Part shown: positions 39,838 to 50,195 of the stretch, piece after piece
How positions within the stretch are numbered: the first letter of the stretch is position 1
Layout: each line of letters opens with the position of its first letter
NCBI GenBank assembly: GCA_040755335.1
Contig: JBFMAU010000001.1
Location: 1 to 59,080 of the forward strand
Reading direction: 5' to 3'
Length of the DNA stretch: 59,080 nucleotides
Source: Acidobacteriota bacterium
GTDB lineage: Bacteria; Acidobacteriota; Blastocatellia; UBA7656
Position numbers and translations under genes: made by a program
Notes under the pieces: generated by a model
The model's database searches: none
What the model was told of the DNA's origin: nothing
Seen by the model: only the letters and a program-made list of their open reading frames with translations

Positions 39838-40295
39838 TTCTTCACCTCCGCTGCCAGTTTGATCGCCTGTCTTATTCGCTGATAGGTTCCACACCGACAG
39901 ATGTTGCCGCGCATCGCCGCGTCTATGTCAGAGTCCGTCGGTTTGGGTTTTTGACGAAGCAGCGCGGCGGCCTGCATGATCTGTCCGCTCTGACAATAGC
40001 CGCACTGCGAGACGTTGACCTCAATCCATGCCTGCTGCAACGGATGGCTTCGGTCGGCGGAGAGACCTTCGATAGTGATGATCTTTTTGCCGACGGCGCT
40101 TGAAACCGGCGTGACGCATGAGCGGACGGCCTGACCGTTTATATGAACGGTGCAGGCTCCGCACTGAGCCATGCCGCAGCCGAACTTTGTGCCTGTAAGA
40201 CCAAGTGTGTCGCGCAGCACCCACAGCAGAGGCATGTCGGGGCTGACTTCGACCGATTGTTCCTTTCCGTTGACGTTGATTTTGATGGCAGTCAT
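39834..40295 (-). CDS. (2Fe-2S)-binding small subunit (IorA-like)
   Basis: 153 aa with [11 protein letters not shown] and [10 protein letters not shown]...CRCGTY cluster motifs. Confidence 0.9.
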   Translation of the reverse strand: MTAIKINVNGKEQSVEVSPDMPLLWVLRDTLGLTGTKFGCGMAQCGACTVHINGQAVRSCVTPVSSAVGKKIITIEGLSADRSHPLQQAWIEVNVSQCGYCQSGQIMQAAALLRQKPKPTDSDIDAAMRGNICRCGTYQRIRQAIKLAAEVKK

Positions 40296-40445
40296 TCGCG
40301 TCCTCCTTGATAAAAATATTTCAGATCGCCGTTTATGAATCGCCCGATTTCAAGACTTCCGATGCAGTCGGGTTTTGCGGGCGGGAAGGCTAATGGCTTT
40401 CGAGGCTCTTCACATCGCCTTTCAGGCATGACAGCGCGAGGCGAC

Positions 40446-40524
40446 TTCACCGCAGAGACGCGGAGACGCAGAGGTTGCGCAGAGAAAACTCTGCGAGGTC
40501 TCTGCGCCTCTGTGTCTCTGCGGT
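40446..40524. repeat. CGCAGAG/CTCTGCG palindromic REP-like element, family A (copy 2)
   Basis: TTCACCGCAGAGACGCGGAGACGCAGAGGTTGCGCAGAG-aaaa-CTCTGCGAGGTCTCTGCGCCTCTGTGTCTCTGCGGT. Confidence 0.85.
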
Positions 40525-40711
40525 TTATAGCCCACGGCTGTTTATACATTCGAAGCTTCCTGTAGAATCCACAAAGAGGCATCAGCAAAACTGTTCTCTT
40601 CGAGCTTTCCTCGCGCAGCCATCGGCTTTCGCGTTTTTGCCGCGTAGGTGTGAATGGTATAACGGATGGTGTGCAATCGTCAGTCGTACTTTTCAAAAGT
40701 TGATCAGTTCT

Positions 40712-42778
40712 TCACGGCAAGCGCAGCGCGATTAGCTGAGGCGTATTGGTCGCCACCGTCAGCGCGATGTATTGCTTGCCGCCAAGCATATAAGTCATCG
40801 GCGTGCTTATCGCGCTTGCGGGCAGAGAGACCCACGCAACGGCTTTGCCTGTCGCCTTGTCGTAAGCCACAAGCTTAGGCCCTTCGCCGTCTGATTCCGT
40901 CACCGCTCCGTCCATAGCCTGAATCAAAAGCGTCTTGGTCACGAGCGGCCCTCTCGCTCCGCCTCCGCCCAGTGGAGGCAACTTCACGCCCTTGAGCGCA
41001 GGGTGATTGCGAATGCGCGATGCTCCAATACCTATGGGCGTCATCCAGACGTGTTCGCCTTTGTTCAAATCAATGGCAGTCATTCGCGTGTACGGCGGTT
41101 TGAAGAGCGGCAACCCCTGCGGGCCGCGAGGCACTTCGCCCCCAACCTTGTGAGTGTAGCGCACAGTTCCGCCCTTTGCCGTGTCAGGAGTGTAAAAGTG
41201 AATGGTCGATGTTCCGTTGCGCGATGGAACATAGAGAATACCCGTCTCAGGATCGACGGCTGCTCCCTGCCAGTTCGCTCCGCCCGCTTCACCCGGTCTC
41301 GAAATCGTCCCCTTCGTGCCGCCTTCGATATCGAGCGAGGGCGGAGTGAACAACGGCCCTACGCGAAACTTCTTTAGCGTCTGCATAGCCTCTGCGCGAA
41401 GTTCAGGAGTGAAATCGATCAGATCGTCAACTGATACGCCCTGATATTCGAAAGGCGCGGGCCGCGTGGGAAAAGGCTGAGTCGGTGAGGCGCGCTCGCC
41501 AGGAACATCGGATGGGGGAACTGCGCGCTCTTCGATAGGCCAGACAGGTTTTCCCGTCACTCGATCAAAGACGAAACAGAAACCCTGCTTGGTCACTTGC
41601 GCGACCGCTTTGATGCGCTTTCCATCTACGGTGATATCGACGAGATTCGGCGCAGCAGGATTGTCATAATCCCAAAGCCCGTGATGAACCGTCTGAAAAT
41701 GCCAGACGCGACGGCCCGTCTCCACATCGAGGCAGATGAGGCTTTCGGCGAAGAGATTGTTTCCCAGTCGATGCCCGCCGTAAAAATCATTCGTCGGCGT
41801 CCCCGTTGGCAGATAAACATATCCAAGCTCATCATCCGCGCTCATCATCGACCAGACATTCGTGTTGCCCGTGTATCGCCACGAATCCTGCTCCCACGTC
41901 TCGACGCCGAATTCGCCTTCGCGCGGGACGGTGTGAAAAATCCATTTCAGTTTGCCTGTCACGACATCGAACGCCTGCACATCACCGGGCGGAGCCTCTT
42001 TCGTTATGCGGCGGTCTGAAATGGCGGAACCTACGATGACCGTGTTGCGACACACAACGGGCGGAGAGGTCACGGAATAAGTGAGCGCGTTGAGGTAGTC
42101 GCGATCTTTGCGTGAGGCGCGCGGAATATGTTTCATCAGATCGACGCGCCCTTCTTCCCCGAAGTCCTTACAGGGCCTTCCGGTCTTCGCATCGACTGCG
42201 ATCAGGTAGCCGTCGCCCGTTCCCCAGAGGATTCTCGCCTGCCTGCCGTCGCTCCAGTAAGCCGCCCCCCGATGATTCCACTGAAAGCTCATCGTGGGCG
42301 TTCCCGTCTCATAGCTTTTTGGATTGTAGACCCAGACGGTTTCGCCCGTAGCCGCATCAACGCCTACGGCCTGAGACAGAGGAGTAACGAGATAAAGCAT
42401 TCCGCCGACCATCAGGGGAGTGGCTTTGAGCGCATCGTTCCACGGAGGGCGTTTTTCTCGCCATCGAGCCGGATTATCTTTTTGAAGGTCTTCGAATATG
42501 TTGTCTGCTTTCGTCCACCATTCGCCGCCGGAAACATTTTTGCTCAAGGTTTCATCGACCGTCTTCCACGCCCATGCGATTTGCAGCTTTGAAAAGTTGT
42601 CGCGGTTGATCTGATCGAGAGGAGAGTATTTCGCGCTGGTGTTATCTCCGCCGTAAGCGGGCCACTCGCCCGTTGGTTTGCCGTTCTCGGCAAGGCTCGA
42701 AATACCGGAGAGAGCAAGCGCGAGGCAACCAAGCGCAGCCCATTGACAGATTCGGCGAAAGGTCGTTCGATGATTCAT
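40712..42778 (-). CDS. Soluble (signal-peptide) PQQ-dependent dehydrogenase of the glucose/quinate/shikimate family
   Basis: Start at codon 11 ([30 protein letters not shown]). Motifs [13 protein letters not shown] and [17 protein letters not shown] (the mGDH-type signature), plus repeated beta-propeller W-motifs. It lacks the N-terminal 5-TM anchor of membrane GDH. Confidence 0.85.
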   Translation of the reverse strand: MNHRTTFRRICQWAALGCLALALSGISSLAENGKPTGEWPAYGGDNTSAKYSPLDQINRDNFSKLQIAWAWKTVDETLSKNVSGGEWWTKADNIFEDLQKDNPARWREKRPPWNDALKATPLMVGGMLYLVTPLSQAVGVDAATGETVWVYNPKSYETGTPTMSFQWNHRGAAYWSDGRQARILWGTGDGYLIAVDAKTGRPCKDFGEEGRVDLMKHIPRASRKDRDYLNALTYSVTSPPVVCRNTVIVGSAISDRRITKEAPPGDVQAFDVVTGKLKWIFHTVPREGEFGVETWEQDSWRYTGNTNVWSMMSADDELGYVYLPTGTPTNDFYGGHRLGNNLFAESLICLDVETGRRVWHFQTVHHGLWDYDNPAAPNLVDITVDGKRIKAVAQVTKQGFCFVFDRVTGKPVWPIEERAVPPSDVPGERASPTQPFPTRPAPFEYQGVSVDDLIDFTPELRAEAMQTLKKFRVGPLFTPPSLDIEGGTKGTISRPGEAGGANWQGAAVDPETGILYVPSRNGTSTIHFYTPDTAKGGTVRYTHKVGGEVPRGPQGLPLFKPPYTRMTAIDLNKGEHVWMTPIGIGASRIRNHPALKGVKLPPLGGGGARGPLVTKTLLIQAMDGAVTESDGEGPKLVAYDKATGKAVAWVSLPASAISTPMTYMLGGKQYIALTVATNTPQLIALRLP

Positions 42779-42828
42779 CTTGCAGCGTCCGGCAATTCGG
42801 TTCCTCACTCACGCCCTCCATCTCAGGT

Positions 42829-43263
42829 TCACTTACTTGGTTGTTTAGGGCCGAGGCTTCGAAGGAAGTTGATCACATGCCACATCTGTTTTTCCGTGAG
42901 GCGATCCTTGTAGCTTTCCATGTCGGCGCTCGTTCCGTCGCGTATGACGACGAATATCTCGCCGTCGCTCGATCCGTGATCCCACACTTCATCGACGAGA
43001 TTTGAGGGCGTCCCTCCCGCAAGCGCCATCCCCCCGTCTCCCTTTGCCTGCGGGCCGTGACACGAAGCGCAATGTCGCAGATAAATTTTGCGGCCCTCTT
43101 CAATCGAAGCTGCGTCGACAGGAACAGGGTTTTTGATCTTCTGCGCCTCCGGGTGACGATGCGGCTCGACGGGGTGCGATTGCTGCCCCGCAATCACCCC
43201 GGCCATCGCGAAAACACTCAACACCATAATCAACCAGCGCCGCATCACGTTCCTCCTATTCAT
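42829..43263 (-). CDS. Exported class I c-type cytochrome
   Basis: Signal peptide, CASCHG heme motif, downstream Met ([10 protein letters not shown]). Confidence 0.85.
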   Translation of the reverse strand: MNRRNVMRRWLIMVLSVFAMAGVIAGQQSHPVEPHRHPEAQKIKNPVPVDAASIEEGRKIYLRHCASCHGPQAKGDGGMALAGGTPSNLVDEVWDHGSSDGEIFVVIRDGTSADMESYKDRLTEKQMWHVINFLRSLGPKQPSK

Positions 43264-43717
43264 CAGATACGTCGAAATTCTCGATCAGATATTCCGCCTC
43301 CCTCTCTCTCAGATGCACGAACACTTCATGCACGAGATTGACCGCCTTGTTCACTCCGTAAGCCCATTGATTATTTTTTATCCTGAGAGCGAGAGAAACC
43401 CGTCCGCCTCGATTATTGCAAACGATCTCGGCGCGCTTCGCGTCGACGCGACGATGCGGGGGCAACTCTTCGTCGTATCGCTGCCGCAAAAATTTTTTCA
43501 AATCCCGGTACATCGCCGAGCGCGCCGCGACATTCGGCAGAAGGTTTTTGAATCTCAACTCCCGCTTTTCAGCGTCAACAACGAACTCAACCGGACGCGG
43601 CGTCAGCCAGACGAAAGAAAAAACTCCCGTCCTGATCTCGCTCAGTCCGCGAAACACTCCCCGGTCTGCATAAACCTGAAGCGCGTCTCTTACGATCTTC
43701 AAAGATTTCTTTGCCAT
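43256..43717 (-). CDS. Hypothetical protein (no signal peptide, no recognisable domain)
   Basis: 153-aa ORF with protein-like composition. It overlaps the cytochrome c start by 8 nt. Confidence 0.55.
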   Translation of the reverse strand: MAKKSLKIVRDALQVYADRGVFRGLSEIRTGVFSFVWLTPRPVEFVVDAEKRELRFKNLLPNVAARSAMYRDLKKFLRQRYDEELPPHRRVDAKRAEIVCNNRGGRVSLALRIKNNQWAYGVNKAVNLVHEVFVHLREREAEYLIENFDVSDE

Positions 43718-43729
43718 CGTGATTAACCT

Positions 43730-43830
43730 GGGAGCGCACGCATCTTGCGTGCTGGGCCTGCGAAATTGAATCTATAGAAAGCCCTGAAATCCTGACTCCG
43801 CAAGCAAGCACGCTGGAAGCGTGCGCCCCC
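43730..43830 (-). repeat. ~100-bp palindromic-ended dispersed element, family C (copy 2, inverted relative to copy 1)
   Basis: Ends GGGAGCGCACGC ... GCGTGCGCCCCC. The core AGAAAGCCCTGAAATCCTGACTCCGCAAGCAAGC is the reverse complement of the copy-1 core. Confidence 0.85.
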
Positions 43831-43839
43831 AGAGACGAA

Positions 43840-45780
43840 TCAGTGATAATAAGACATGCATCCCGGCTCGGTCTTTCCGAGAAACCCCGGTGGATTTTCG
43901 CGCAGCCAGAATTCTTTCTTCGCCTGACAATTTATCACCGAAGGCCGACTTTCCCTGACCGCGATTTGATAACACCTTTCGAGCGCAGGTCGAAAATCCT
44001 CAGCCCTCGTGACGTATTCGCCATGCGCGCCGAGAGCTTCGCCGACTTTATCGTAGCGGACGTTTTCCTGAAACAGGTGCATGCTCAACGTGACCGGATT
44101 CGCTCGATTGCCGTTCCACGTTCCCCATGCGTTGTTGTTGTAAACGATCACTATCACAGGCAATCGATACTTCGAGAGTGTCTCCATCTCCATAGCCGTA
44201 TATCCGAATCCGGCATCGCCCGTCACGCACACTATGGGATGACCCTGATATGGTTTCTGCACGCTGATCCCATGTCGAACCGCAGCCGCCACTCCTATCG
44301 AATATCCCACATCAGGCCCGATGGCTCCGTACTGATACGCGCCGTTCATGATCTGTCCCGGTCGATATCCGCGAAGCCATCGCCTCACGTAACGAGCTAT
44401 CCCATATCCGCCTGATACGACGGTCGTCTGCTCTTTTGGAATCTTTCCGCGATAGAGGAAATCGCCCAACTCTTTTGCTATCACTGCCGGATGAACAGCA
44501 TCCGTGTAGCCGAGTCCTTGTTTGTAAATCACATCGAGTTCGTCCTCGAATTTCTTTCGCGCCGCCGCTATCTCTGCAATCCATGCATCATGCTTCATCG
44601 CGGGCATCTCGCCAGAAAGGGCTTCCAGAGCCGCGCGCTCGCAACTCACGATTCCGATATCGATGGGCAGATTGCGCCCTATGTCTTCCGCCTCGGGGTC
44701 TATGCGAATGTATTTGGCGTCAGGCCCGAAAGCGAATTCGCCAATGGTCGGCATGCAGTATTGACCGACGAGCAGAACCACATCCGCGCTTGCAAGCGCA
44801 GAGGGCGCGGCATTGGCCGACAGTGGAGAAGCGTCGGAGAATTGTCCTTTCATCGCGCCGGATTCGACGACAGGTATCTGCGCTTTTTCCGCCAGACTCT
44901 TCAATGCATCCCACGCGCGACTGTAAAAGACTCCGTTGCTCGAAACGATCATAGGTCGCTCGGCCTGCTTGAGCATCTCGACTGCCGCTCGAATGTCTTT
45001 CGGAGCGGGGTGAGGCTTCGCTTCCGTTCGATACCTCGACTTGTCGTAGTAATAATTCAGATCAGCCGCCGTCTTGAACTGCGCGCGATAGACCTCACTC
45101 GGAAAATCTATGTGAACCGGACGCGGCACGCCCGACCTCAATTGCCGGAATGCGTAAGCGGTGTACTCGGAAATGCGCGAGGGGATGATGAGCCGTTTGC
45201 CATACTTTTTCAATCCTTCTGTGGCGGGTTGTTGATACTGAAGCTGAATCCCCGATTCGGTGTCTTCCTGTTGAATCGACATGTTCGAAGCGAGAACGAG
45301 AAGAGGAGTGCGCGCGGCGTTGGCAGCGGCGATAGCGCATATCATATCCGAGAATCCCGGCCCTTCGGTTCCTGATGTTGCGGCTATCTCTCCGGTCACG
45401 CGGATGAAAGCGTCTGCGGCGTGACACATCGCTCCTTCGTGTCTGCCCGAGTAAGCGGGTATGCCTTCCTGCGCAATGGCGTTTATGACGTTGTAATTTC
45501 CCGGACAGCAAAATAACGCGGCCAGACCTTCTTCTTTGCACATGCGGGCGAAGACCTGCGCGCCGGTCATCGGAAAATTGGCTTTCACGGGCGCGGCTTT
45601 TGCTGCGAGCGCGAACTCATCGGGAATCTTTATGGGTCGCGCTGCGTCCGATGAGTCAGAAGCCGAAGCTTTGCCTGCGCCAAGAGAGGCCGCCGCGCCT
45701 GCGGTGATGGCTGCTTTGGCGATGAAGTTTCTTCTTGAGAGATTCGCCTCGCTCTGTTTCGAACCTTTAGACTTTCCCAT
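43840..45780 (-). CDS. Thiamine-diphosphate-dependent enzyme (acetolactate synthase / benzoylformate decarboxylase superfamily) carrying a twin-arginine signal peptide
   Basis: N-terminus ...[28 protein letters not shown] (S-R-R-x-F-I-K Tat motif + h-region + AxA). [13 protein letters not shown] carries the catalytic Glu. The ThDP motif is [33 protein letters not shown]. Confidence 0.85.
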   Translation of the reverse strand: MGKSKGSKQSEANLSRRNFIAKAAITAGAAASLGAGKASASDSSDAARPIKIPDEFALAAKAAPVKANFPMTGAQVFARMCKEEGLAALFCCPGNYNVINAIAQEGIPAYSGRHEGAMCHAADAFIRVTGEIAATSGTEGPGFSDMICAIAAANAARTPLLVLASNMSIQQEDTESGIQLQYQQPATEGLKKYGKRLIIPSRISEYTAYAFRQLRSGVPRPVHIDFPSEVYRAQFKTAADLNYYYDKSRYRTEAKPHPAPKDIRAAVEMLKQAERPMIVSSNGVFYSRAWDALKSLAEKAQIPVVESGAMKGQFSDASPLSANAAPSALASADVVLLVGQYCMPTIGEFAFGPDAKYIRIDPEAEDIGRNLPIDIGIVSCERAALEALSGEMPAMKHDAWIAEIAAARKKFEDELDVIYKQGLGYTDAVHPAVIAKELGDFLYRGKIPKEQTTVVSGGYGIARYVRRWLRGYRPGQIMNGAYQYGAIGPDVGYSIGVAAAVRHGISVQKPYQGHPIVCVTGDAGFGYTAMEMETLSKYRLPVIVIVYNNNAWGTWNGNRANPVTLSMHLFQENVRYDKVGEALGAHGEYVTRAEDFRPALERCYQIAVRESRPSVINCQAKKEFWLRENPPGFLGKTEPGCMSYYH

Positions 45781-45847
45781 AAAGCTCCCCCATGAAAAAT
45801 GAAGACGCCGGATGCTGGATCGGATTTTGTTTCAGTGTACGAAACAA

Positions 45848-45918
45848 ATTTGGAGTGCGGTGACTTGTCACCGCTTTTCATTCAAACAAAAGCTGCGACA
45901 AGTCGCAGCACTCCAAAA
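45848..45918. repeat. TTTGGAGTG...CACTCCAAA palindromic element, family B (copy 2)
   Basis: TTTGGAGTGCGGTGACTTGTCACCGC ... GCTGCGACAAGTCGCAGCACTCCAAAA. Confidence 0.85.
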
Positions 45919-45961
45919 ACTCTCCTTTCTCATCCCGCGCATTCAATCGAATACCTCTGGC

Positions 45962-46513
45962 TTATGACGCAGGTTTCGCATCGACCTTTTGAAACCACGG
46001 ATTGCCGAAATTCGTCCACGGCCCGCCGTCGACCGATATTTGAACCTGCAAGCGATAGTAGGCCGGAGACAGCATCAGCGTCTTGCCCTTGAGTTTTATC
46101 GTCCTGCCATTTTTTTTGATAGGCGCGCTCTCCCAGTGAATGGTGTAATACCCGCCGAGGTCGCCTCCAATAGGGCCGGTCTTTGTCACCGTCACGCCGA
46201 AGAGTCCGGTCTCCTGACGTGTGACGATCTTTTCTTTTTCGTTATAAGATATCTTCGCGCGTCCCTTGAAAGCTCCCACTGGCCCTGTGCCTTCTATGTC
46301 GCTTTCATAAGTTGCCGCTTGAATTTTCCTGTATGTTTCTTTGCCTTTGATCTTGCCCGCAGGGCCGAGAGGCGATTCAGGCACGTTCCATTCGAATGTC
46401 CACGCGCCGAGAAAATAATCCATATCGGGCGGAGGCATAGGATCGTTCGGGTCGGTCGGACGACTCTGGGGTTGTTGCGATAAAACGAGGGCTAGTAAGA
46501 GTGCGATTATCAT
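45962..46513 (-). CDS. Small exported protein of unknown function (possibly DUF1579-like)
   Basis: ATG at 46513 ([14 protein letters not shown]). [13 protein letters not shown] resembles the DUF1579 N-terminal motif, but the match is weak. Confidence 0.55.
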   Translation of the reverse strand: MIIALLLALVLSQQPQSRPTDPNDPMPPPDMDYFLGAWTFEWNVPESPLGPAGKIKGKETYRKIQAATYESDIEGTGPVGAFKGRAKISYNEKEKIVTRQETGLFGVTVTKTGPIGGDLGGYYTIHWESAPIKKNGRTIKLKGKTLMLSPAYYRLQVQISVDGGPWTNFGNPWFQKVDAKPAS

Positions 46514-46520
46514 TGTCTTT

Positions 46521-46581
46521 CGTCCGTTGTCCGTTGTCTGTTGTCCGTTGTAACAAACGACTGACAACTGACAACGGACAA
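46521..46581. repeat. Hairpin built from heptamer tandem repeats (TCCGTTG)x4 and their complement (CAACGGA/CAACTGA)
   Basis: CGTCCGTTGTCCGTTGTCTGTTGTCCGTTGT-aacaaacgac-TGACAACTGACAACGGACAA. Confidence 0.85.
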
Positions 46582-46588
46582 ATAACAG

Positions 46589-48034
46589 CTATTGCTTTTT
46601 AGCCACTTCTTTCGTCAGGTCTTTGCTATCGACGGTGTACTCGAACCACGGTATGAACATCTCGTCCCAACTCTGTTCGCTCCAGAAGACTTCCTTGTTG
46701 GGCGCGGGATTGTATCGATTTTTGATCGAGTTATCGTAGTGAGCGACGGCCACGAGTCGGCTGCCCGCGGGAATTTTCAACGGACGTTCAAGCTCATAAT
46801 GCAACTGCCAGTTGAAATCGAATCGAGGCACATCGAGGAGTATCTGCTGGCGACCGTCGGGCCAGATGAGCGTGTAGCGGACATCCTTGCCGCGCAGGTG
46901 CATGTGCGGAGCGAAGGCATAAAGTGTGATCGCCTCTTTGATCGTCACTTCGCCGCTTATCTCCCAGTTATCCGCGTTGGGCGGAATGTTGGGGATGCGG
47001 CCTCGCACCTTGACTTCCTTGCCGTTGACCATGCGGGTCTCGACGAGTTCCTTGCCGCCGATGAATATTCGGTCAGTCACTCCCTTGGTCAGCACTTCGT
47101 GGGTTACGCGAGTTTTCGAAAACCAGAGTCCGAGCATCGAGCGATCTTTTTCGGGGCGACCCGTGGGCTGATAGTGCATGTTGAATTGAAAATACATGCC
47201 GGGAAGCACTCGCTTGGCCGTTCCGGGGAAATGCCGCTCGAAGCCTTTGCCGGGAGCCTGTCCGACAAGCTTGAACGCGCCTGCGCGAGTGAAGGAATCC
47301 TGACTCTGAAAAACTTCGCGCGATCCGCCATCACGCGGCGCGGCTCCTTCGCTCAATCCCCCTGTCTCTCTGGCCGACCGATTATCAACCGGAGTCGCGG
47401 AGCCGTCTCTCACCGCGCGACCGTTGACGAGTTTGCTTCCTTCAGGCAATCGCACCACGTTGGCGATAGAGTGATGCACGACTGCTGAGTTTCCCGGACG
47501 CAACTCCACGGTTTCCACCCATCGCTCTTCAGTGAAGGGAACAGGCACATAGAAATTCTGCATGGGCAATTCGCCTTCGGCAGGCACTTCGAATTCTACG
47601 GGCATGGGTATGATCAAATCCGGCTCGCCGAACGTCCAACCGGGAGTGAATCGGGGCAGAGGCGGCAGATCGGAATCTCGCCCTTTCGGCGCTCCCGCAT
47701 CTACCCATGCGACTATGGTGTCGATTTCAGCTTGAGTGAGCCGCCGGTCGTTGTGGAACTTGAGAGTCGAGGTATGAGGATCGGCATACCACGGCGGCAT
47801 AGTGCGTTCAAGCACTTCTTCCTTTATGGCTTTGCTCCAAGGGCGCACTTCCGCGAAGGAGGTGAGCGGCATGGGAGCGACTTCGCCCGCGCGGTGACAG
47901 GTGGCGCACTTGTTGAAGATGATCGGCGCGACATCCTTTGCGAAAGTGGGCGCTGCGGGTTTGTCGGCGCTGCTTGTGTTTATGAAAGTCGCAGCAGCAG
48001 CAAAGGCGATAGCGGTCGTGAGCCAGCGTTTCAT
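46589..48034 (-). CDS. Exported heme-c domain fused to a PHM/DBH-like binuclear copper monooxygenase core (paralog 1)
   Basis: ATG at 48034 with a GGGAGGAG SD, followed by a signal peptide. [15 protein letters not shown] is the CxxCH heme motif. The copper ligand pattern is [18 protein letters not shown] and WDEMF, in the order and approximate spacing of the PHM CuH (HH, H) and CuM (HxH, M) sites. Confidence 0.7.
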   Translation of the reverse strand: MKRWLTTAIAFAAAATFINTSSADKPAAPTFAKDVAPIIFNKCATCHRAGEVAPMPLTSFAEVRPWSKAIKEEVLERTMPPWYADPHTSTLKFHNDRRLTQAEIDTIVAWVDAGAPKGRDSDLPPLPRFTPGWTFGEPDLIIPMPVEFEVPAEGELPMQNFYVPVPFTEERWVETVELRPGNSAVVHHSIANVVRLPEGSKLVNGRAVRDGSATPVDNRSARETGGLSEGAAPRDGGSREVFQSQDSFTRAGAFKLVGQAPGKGFERHFPGTAKRVLPGMYFQFNMHYQPTGRPEKDRSMLGLWFSKTRVTHEVLTKGVTDRIFIGGKELVETRMVNGKEVKVRGRIPNIPPNADNWEISGEVTIKEAITLYAFAPHMHLRGKDVRYTLIWPDGRQQILLDVPRFDFNWQLHYELERPLKIPAGSRLVAVAHYDNSIKNRYNPAPNKEVFWSEQSWDEMFIPWFEYTVDSKDLTKEVAKKQ

Positions 48035-48054
48035 CTCTCTCCTCCCTCTCAGAT

Positions 48055-48125
48055 GTGGCGCAAGTCGAGCTTGCGTGGCCCGAATTTTCACACCTTCAGC
48101 ATGCGCAATCTGACAGATTGCGCCA
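48055..48125 (-). repeat. Double-hairpin element, family D (copy 2)
   Basis: GTGGCGCAAGtcgagCTTGCG ... GAATTTTCACACCTTCAGC ... ATGCGCAATC-tgaca-GATTGCGCCA. It fills the spacer between the two monooxygenase genes. Confidence 0.85.
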
Positions 48126-48128
48126 CTG

Positions 48129-49427
48129 CTATTTGGAACCGGCTTTCGCGTTGAGCCGGAGGTCCTGTTTGTCGAGCGTATAATCGAGATAGCCGATCAT
48201 CATCTCCTCCCAGGTCTGCGGCCCCCACTCTACGAGCTTCGTCGGATCGGGATTGAATTTGTTCTTTGCCGAGTTATCGAAGTGCGCCACGCATTCCAAT
48301 CGACTGCCCTTAGGCGCGGCCACAGGCTCTTTGAAGAAATAAGTCTGTTGCCAGTTGAAGTCCCATCGCGGAACTGAAAGAAGCAGTTTCGATGCGCCGT
48401 CCGGGTAGACCAGCCGAAAGGAAAAATCCTTGCCTCGCATGTGCATGTGCGGATGCAGGCTGTCGATGTGACTGTCTTCCTTGAAGGTGAAAGAAGATTT
48501 CACCTCGTAATTCGGATCGCCGGGAGGGATGGCCAGAGAGCGTGCGAAAGCTCCCGCCGTGATGACGCGCTTCTCGACCGCCGCTCGCGAGAATATCAGC
48601 CCGACGCTTGAGCGGTCTGTGCCTGCGACGCCGTTTGTGGTGTAGTGAACCTGAAATACAAGCACGGAGCCTTTCTTGATGAGCTTGGCCTGACCGGGAT
48701 GCAGAATCAGAGGCGCTTCGCCCGGAGCCCAGCCCACGAGTCTGCCATCGGAATCGCCTGCTCGCGCGCCCTCTCCTCCACCCTGCTGGCGCGAGGCTGC
48801 CAGTCTTTCAGGCGTGATTTCTCCTGCTGGCGGCAACTGTCCCTGACCGGGATAGCGGACATCGACGATGATGTGATGGACGAGTTGGCGATTGCCCTGT
48901 CGAATCTCGGCAAACTGCACATACTTGTCTTCGGTGAAGTTGGTAGGCACGGCGAAATACTTATAAGGGATCACTCCTTCAGCCGGAACCGAGTATTCTT
49001 CGGTCATCGATAAAACCACATCGGGTTTGCCTATAGTCCATCCTTCGGTGAATTTGGGAAGAGGCGGAAGGTCGCGCGGGTCGCCTTCGATAGCGCCGCC
49101 GTTGACCCAGGCAGTGATCGTATCTATCTGCTTTTGCGATAAACGACAATCATTCGAAAATTCGGTATGCTGCTGGTCGGCAAACCAGGGGGGCATCCTT
49201 CGTTCGGCCACGACTTCGCGAATCGATTTAGCCCACGGGCGGACTTCCTTGTAGGTGACGAGCGACATAGGCGCTACTTCGCCCGCGCGGTGACAGGTGA
49301 TGCAGTTGTTATAGAGTATCGGCGCGACATCTTTGGTGAAAGTCATTCGTGTGTCGCTGCTGTTTGTCAGGCCGGTCGCCAGCAACACGCAAGCGAAAGC
49401 GCAGGCGAGGCCGAATAGTCGTTTCAT
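48129..49427 (-). CDS. Exported heme-c domain fused to a PHM/DBH-like copper monooxygenase core (paralog 2)
   Basis: Signal peptide, then [15 protein letters not shown]. Copper ligand pattern [23 protein letters not shown]. It is collinear with paralog 1. Confidence 0.7.
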   Translation of the reverse strand: MKRLFGLACAFACVLLATGLTNSSDTRMTFTKDVAPILYNNCITCHRAGEVAPMSLVTYKEVRPWAKSIREVVAERRMPPWFADQQHTEFSNDCRLSQKQIDTITAWVNGGAIEGDPRDLPPLPKFTEGWTIGKPDVVLSMTEEYSVPAEGVIPYKYFAVPTNFTEDKYVQFAEIRQGNRQLVHHIIVDVRYPGQGQLPPAGEITPERLAASRQQGGGEGARAGDSDGRLVGWAPGEAPLILHPGQAKLIKKGSVLVFQVHYTTNGVAGTDRSSVGLIFSRAAVEKRVITAGAFARSLAIPPGDPNYEVKSSFTFKEDSHIDSLHPHMHMRGKDFSFRLVYPDGASKLLLSVPRWDFNWQQTYFFKEPVAAPKGSRLECVAHFDNSAKNKFNPDPTKLVEWGPQTWEEMMIGYLDYTLDKQDLRLNAKAGSK

Positions 49428-49706
49428 CCTGAAGTCCTCCCAAAACGAGCGTTTGATTTAGTCCACTGAAATGATTGCTATGCCGGTTGCGGATGGAAGA
49501 ACCGACTGAGGAACCGGGCCTCAGGCCTCGGGTTGCTCTTTCTTCGATCAGCGATTCAAAGCTGACCTGTCGCGCTCAGGGAAGATGCTTATGATCCCCC
49601 GCTATGACTTCAATATCATTTCCAAAGCTTATAGCACAGCTTGCAATCAACGCCAAGTCAATTTCGTTTATTGCAACCCCTGCTATCGCACACGAAGCAA
49701 CAGGGA

Positions 49707-50195
49707 TCAGAAAAGGATCGAACGAACGCGCTGGCGCAAACGATCAAGTTCGTCTGCGTTGTGTTGAAGCAGATCGTGTCCCCATCCCGATGTCGTATAG
49801 GTTTCTTCCCGGCACTCCTTTGCCAACACTGAACCTATAGTTTCGTAAGAGCCAAGCTTGGCTTTCTTGAGGTCTTCGGGGTTAGTCAGCGTGCCGAGGA
49901 CAAAAACTCTATCAGCCAAATCTTCGGGAATGAATTTTTTCCCAAACCTTAGTTTGAACTCCACCTTGCCGTCGAAGTCGATCAACAGAACCATGAATCG
50001 ATCAGGATAGCGATTCATTTCAGCGATGTGATCTGACTTGAAAAGCTCGAATACTTTCTTCCAACCGCGAGCCACCGGAAGCACACGCATTTGATTCTGT
50101 TGGTCAACACTCAGGAGAAAGCTGATTGCCAATTCGCTGTCAGCAGCGTCTTCGGGCAGCACCAAAACATGCGGTAGATTCTTGTTGATGCTCAT
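49707..50195 (-). CDS. Small acidic-motif protein, possible minimal Toprim/RloB-like partner of the upstream ATPase
   Basis: 162 aa. Its start overlaps the ATPase stop by 4 nt. HVLVLPE(15)DAADSE and VLLID(73)FD(75)G mimic the Toprim Glu ... DxD pattern. The codon usage is A/T-richer than in neighbouring genes. Confidence 0.5.
   Translation of the reverse strand: MSINKNLPHVLVLPEDAADSELAISFLLSVDQQNQMRVLPVARGWKKVFELFKSDHIAEMNRYPDRFMVLLIDFDGKVEFKLRFGKKFIPEDLADRVFVLGTLTNPEDLKKAKLGSYETIGSVLAKECREETYTTSGWGHDLLQHNADELDRLRQRVRSILF

Noticed and set aside
46521-46581. Short tandem arrays considered as a possible mini-CRISPR (also at 27487-27567 and 13988-14060).
   Set aside because: The repeat units are only 7-8 nt with no spacers, and the arrays are self-complementary hairpins. 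There are no cas genes.
49600-49640. TTGACT ... TATAAG on the minus strand upstream of the monooxygenase operon, considered as a sigma-70 promoter.
   Set aside because: The spacer between the candidate -35 and -10 hexamers is about 22 nt, which is too long. I do not report it as a feature.
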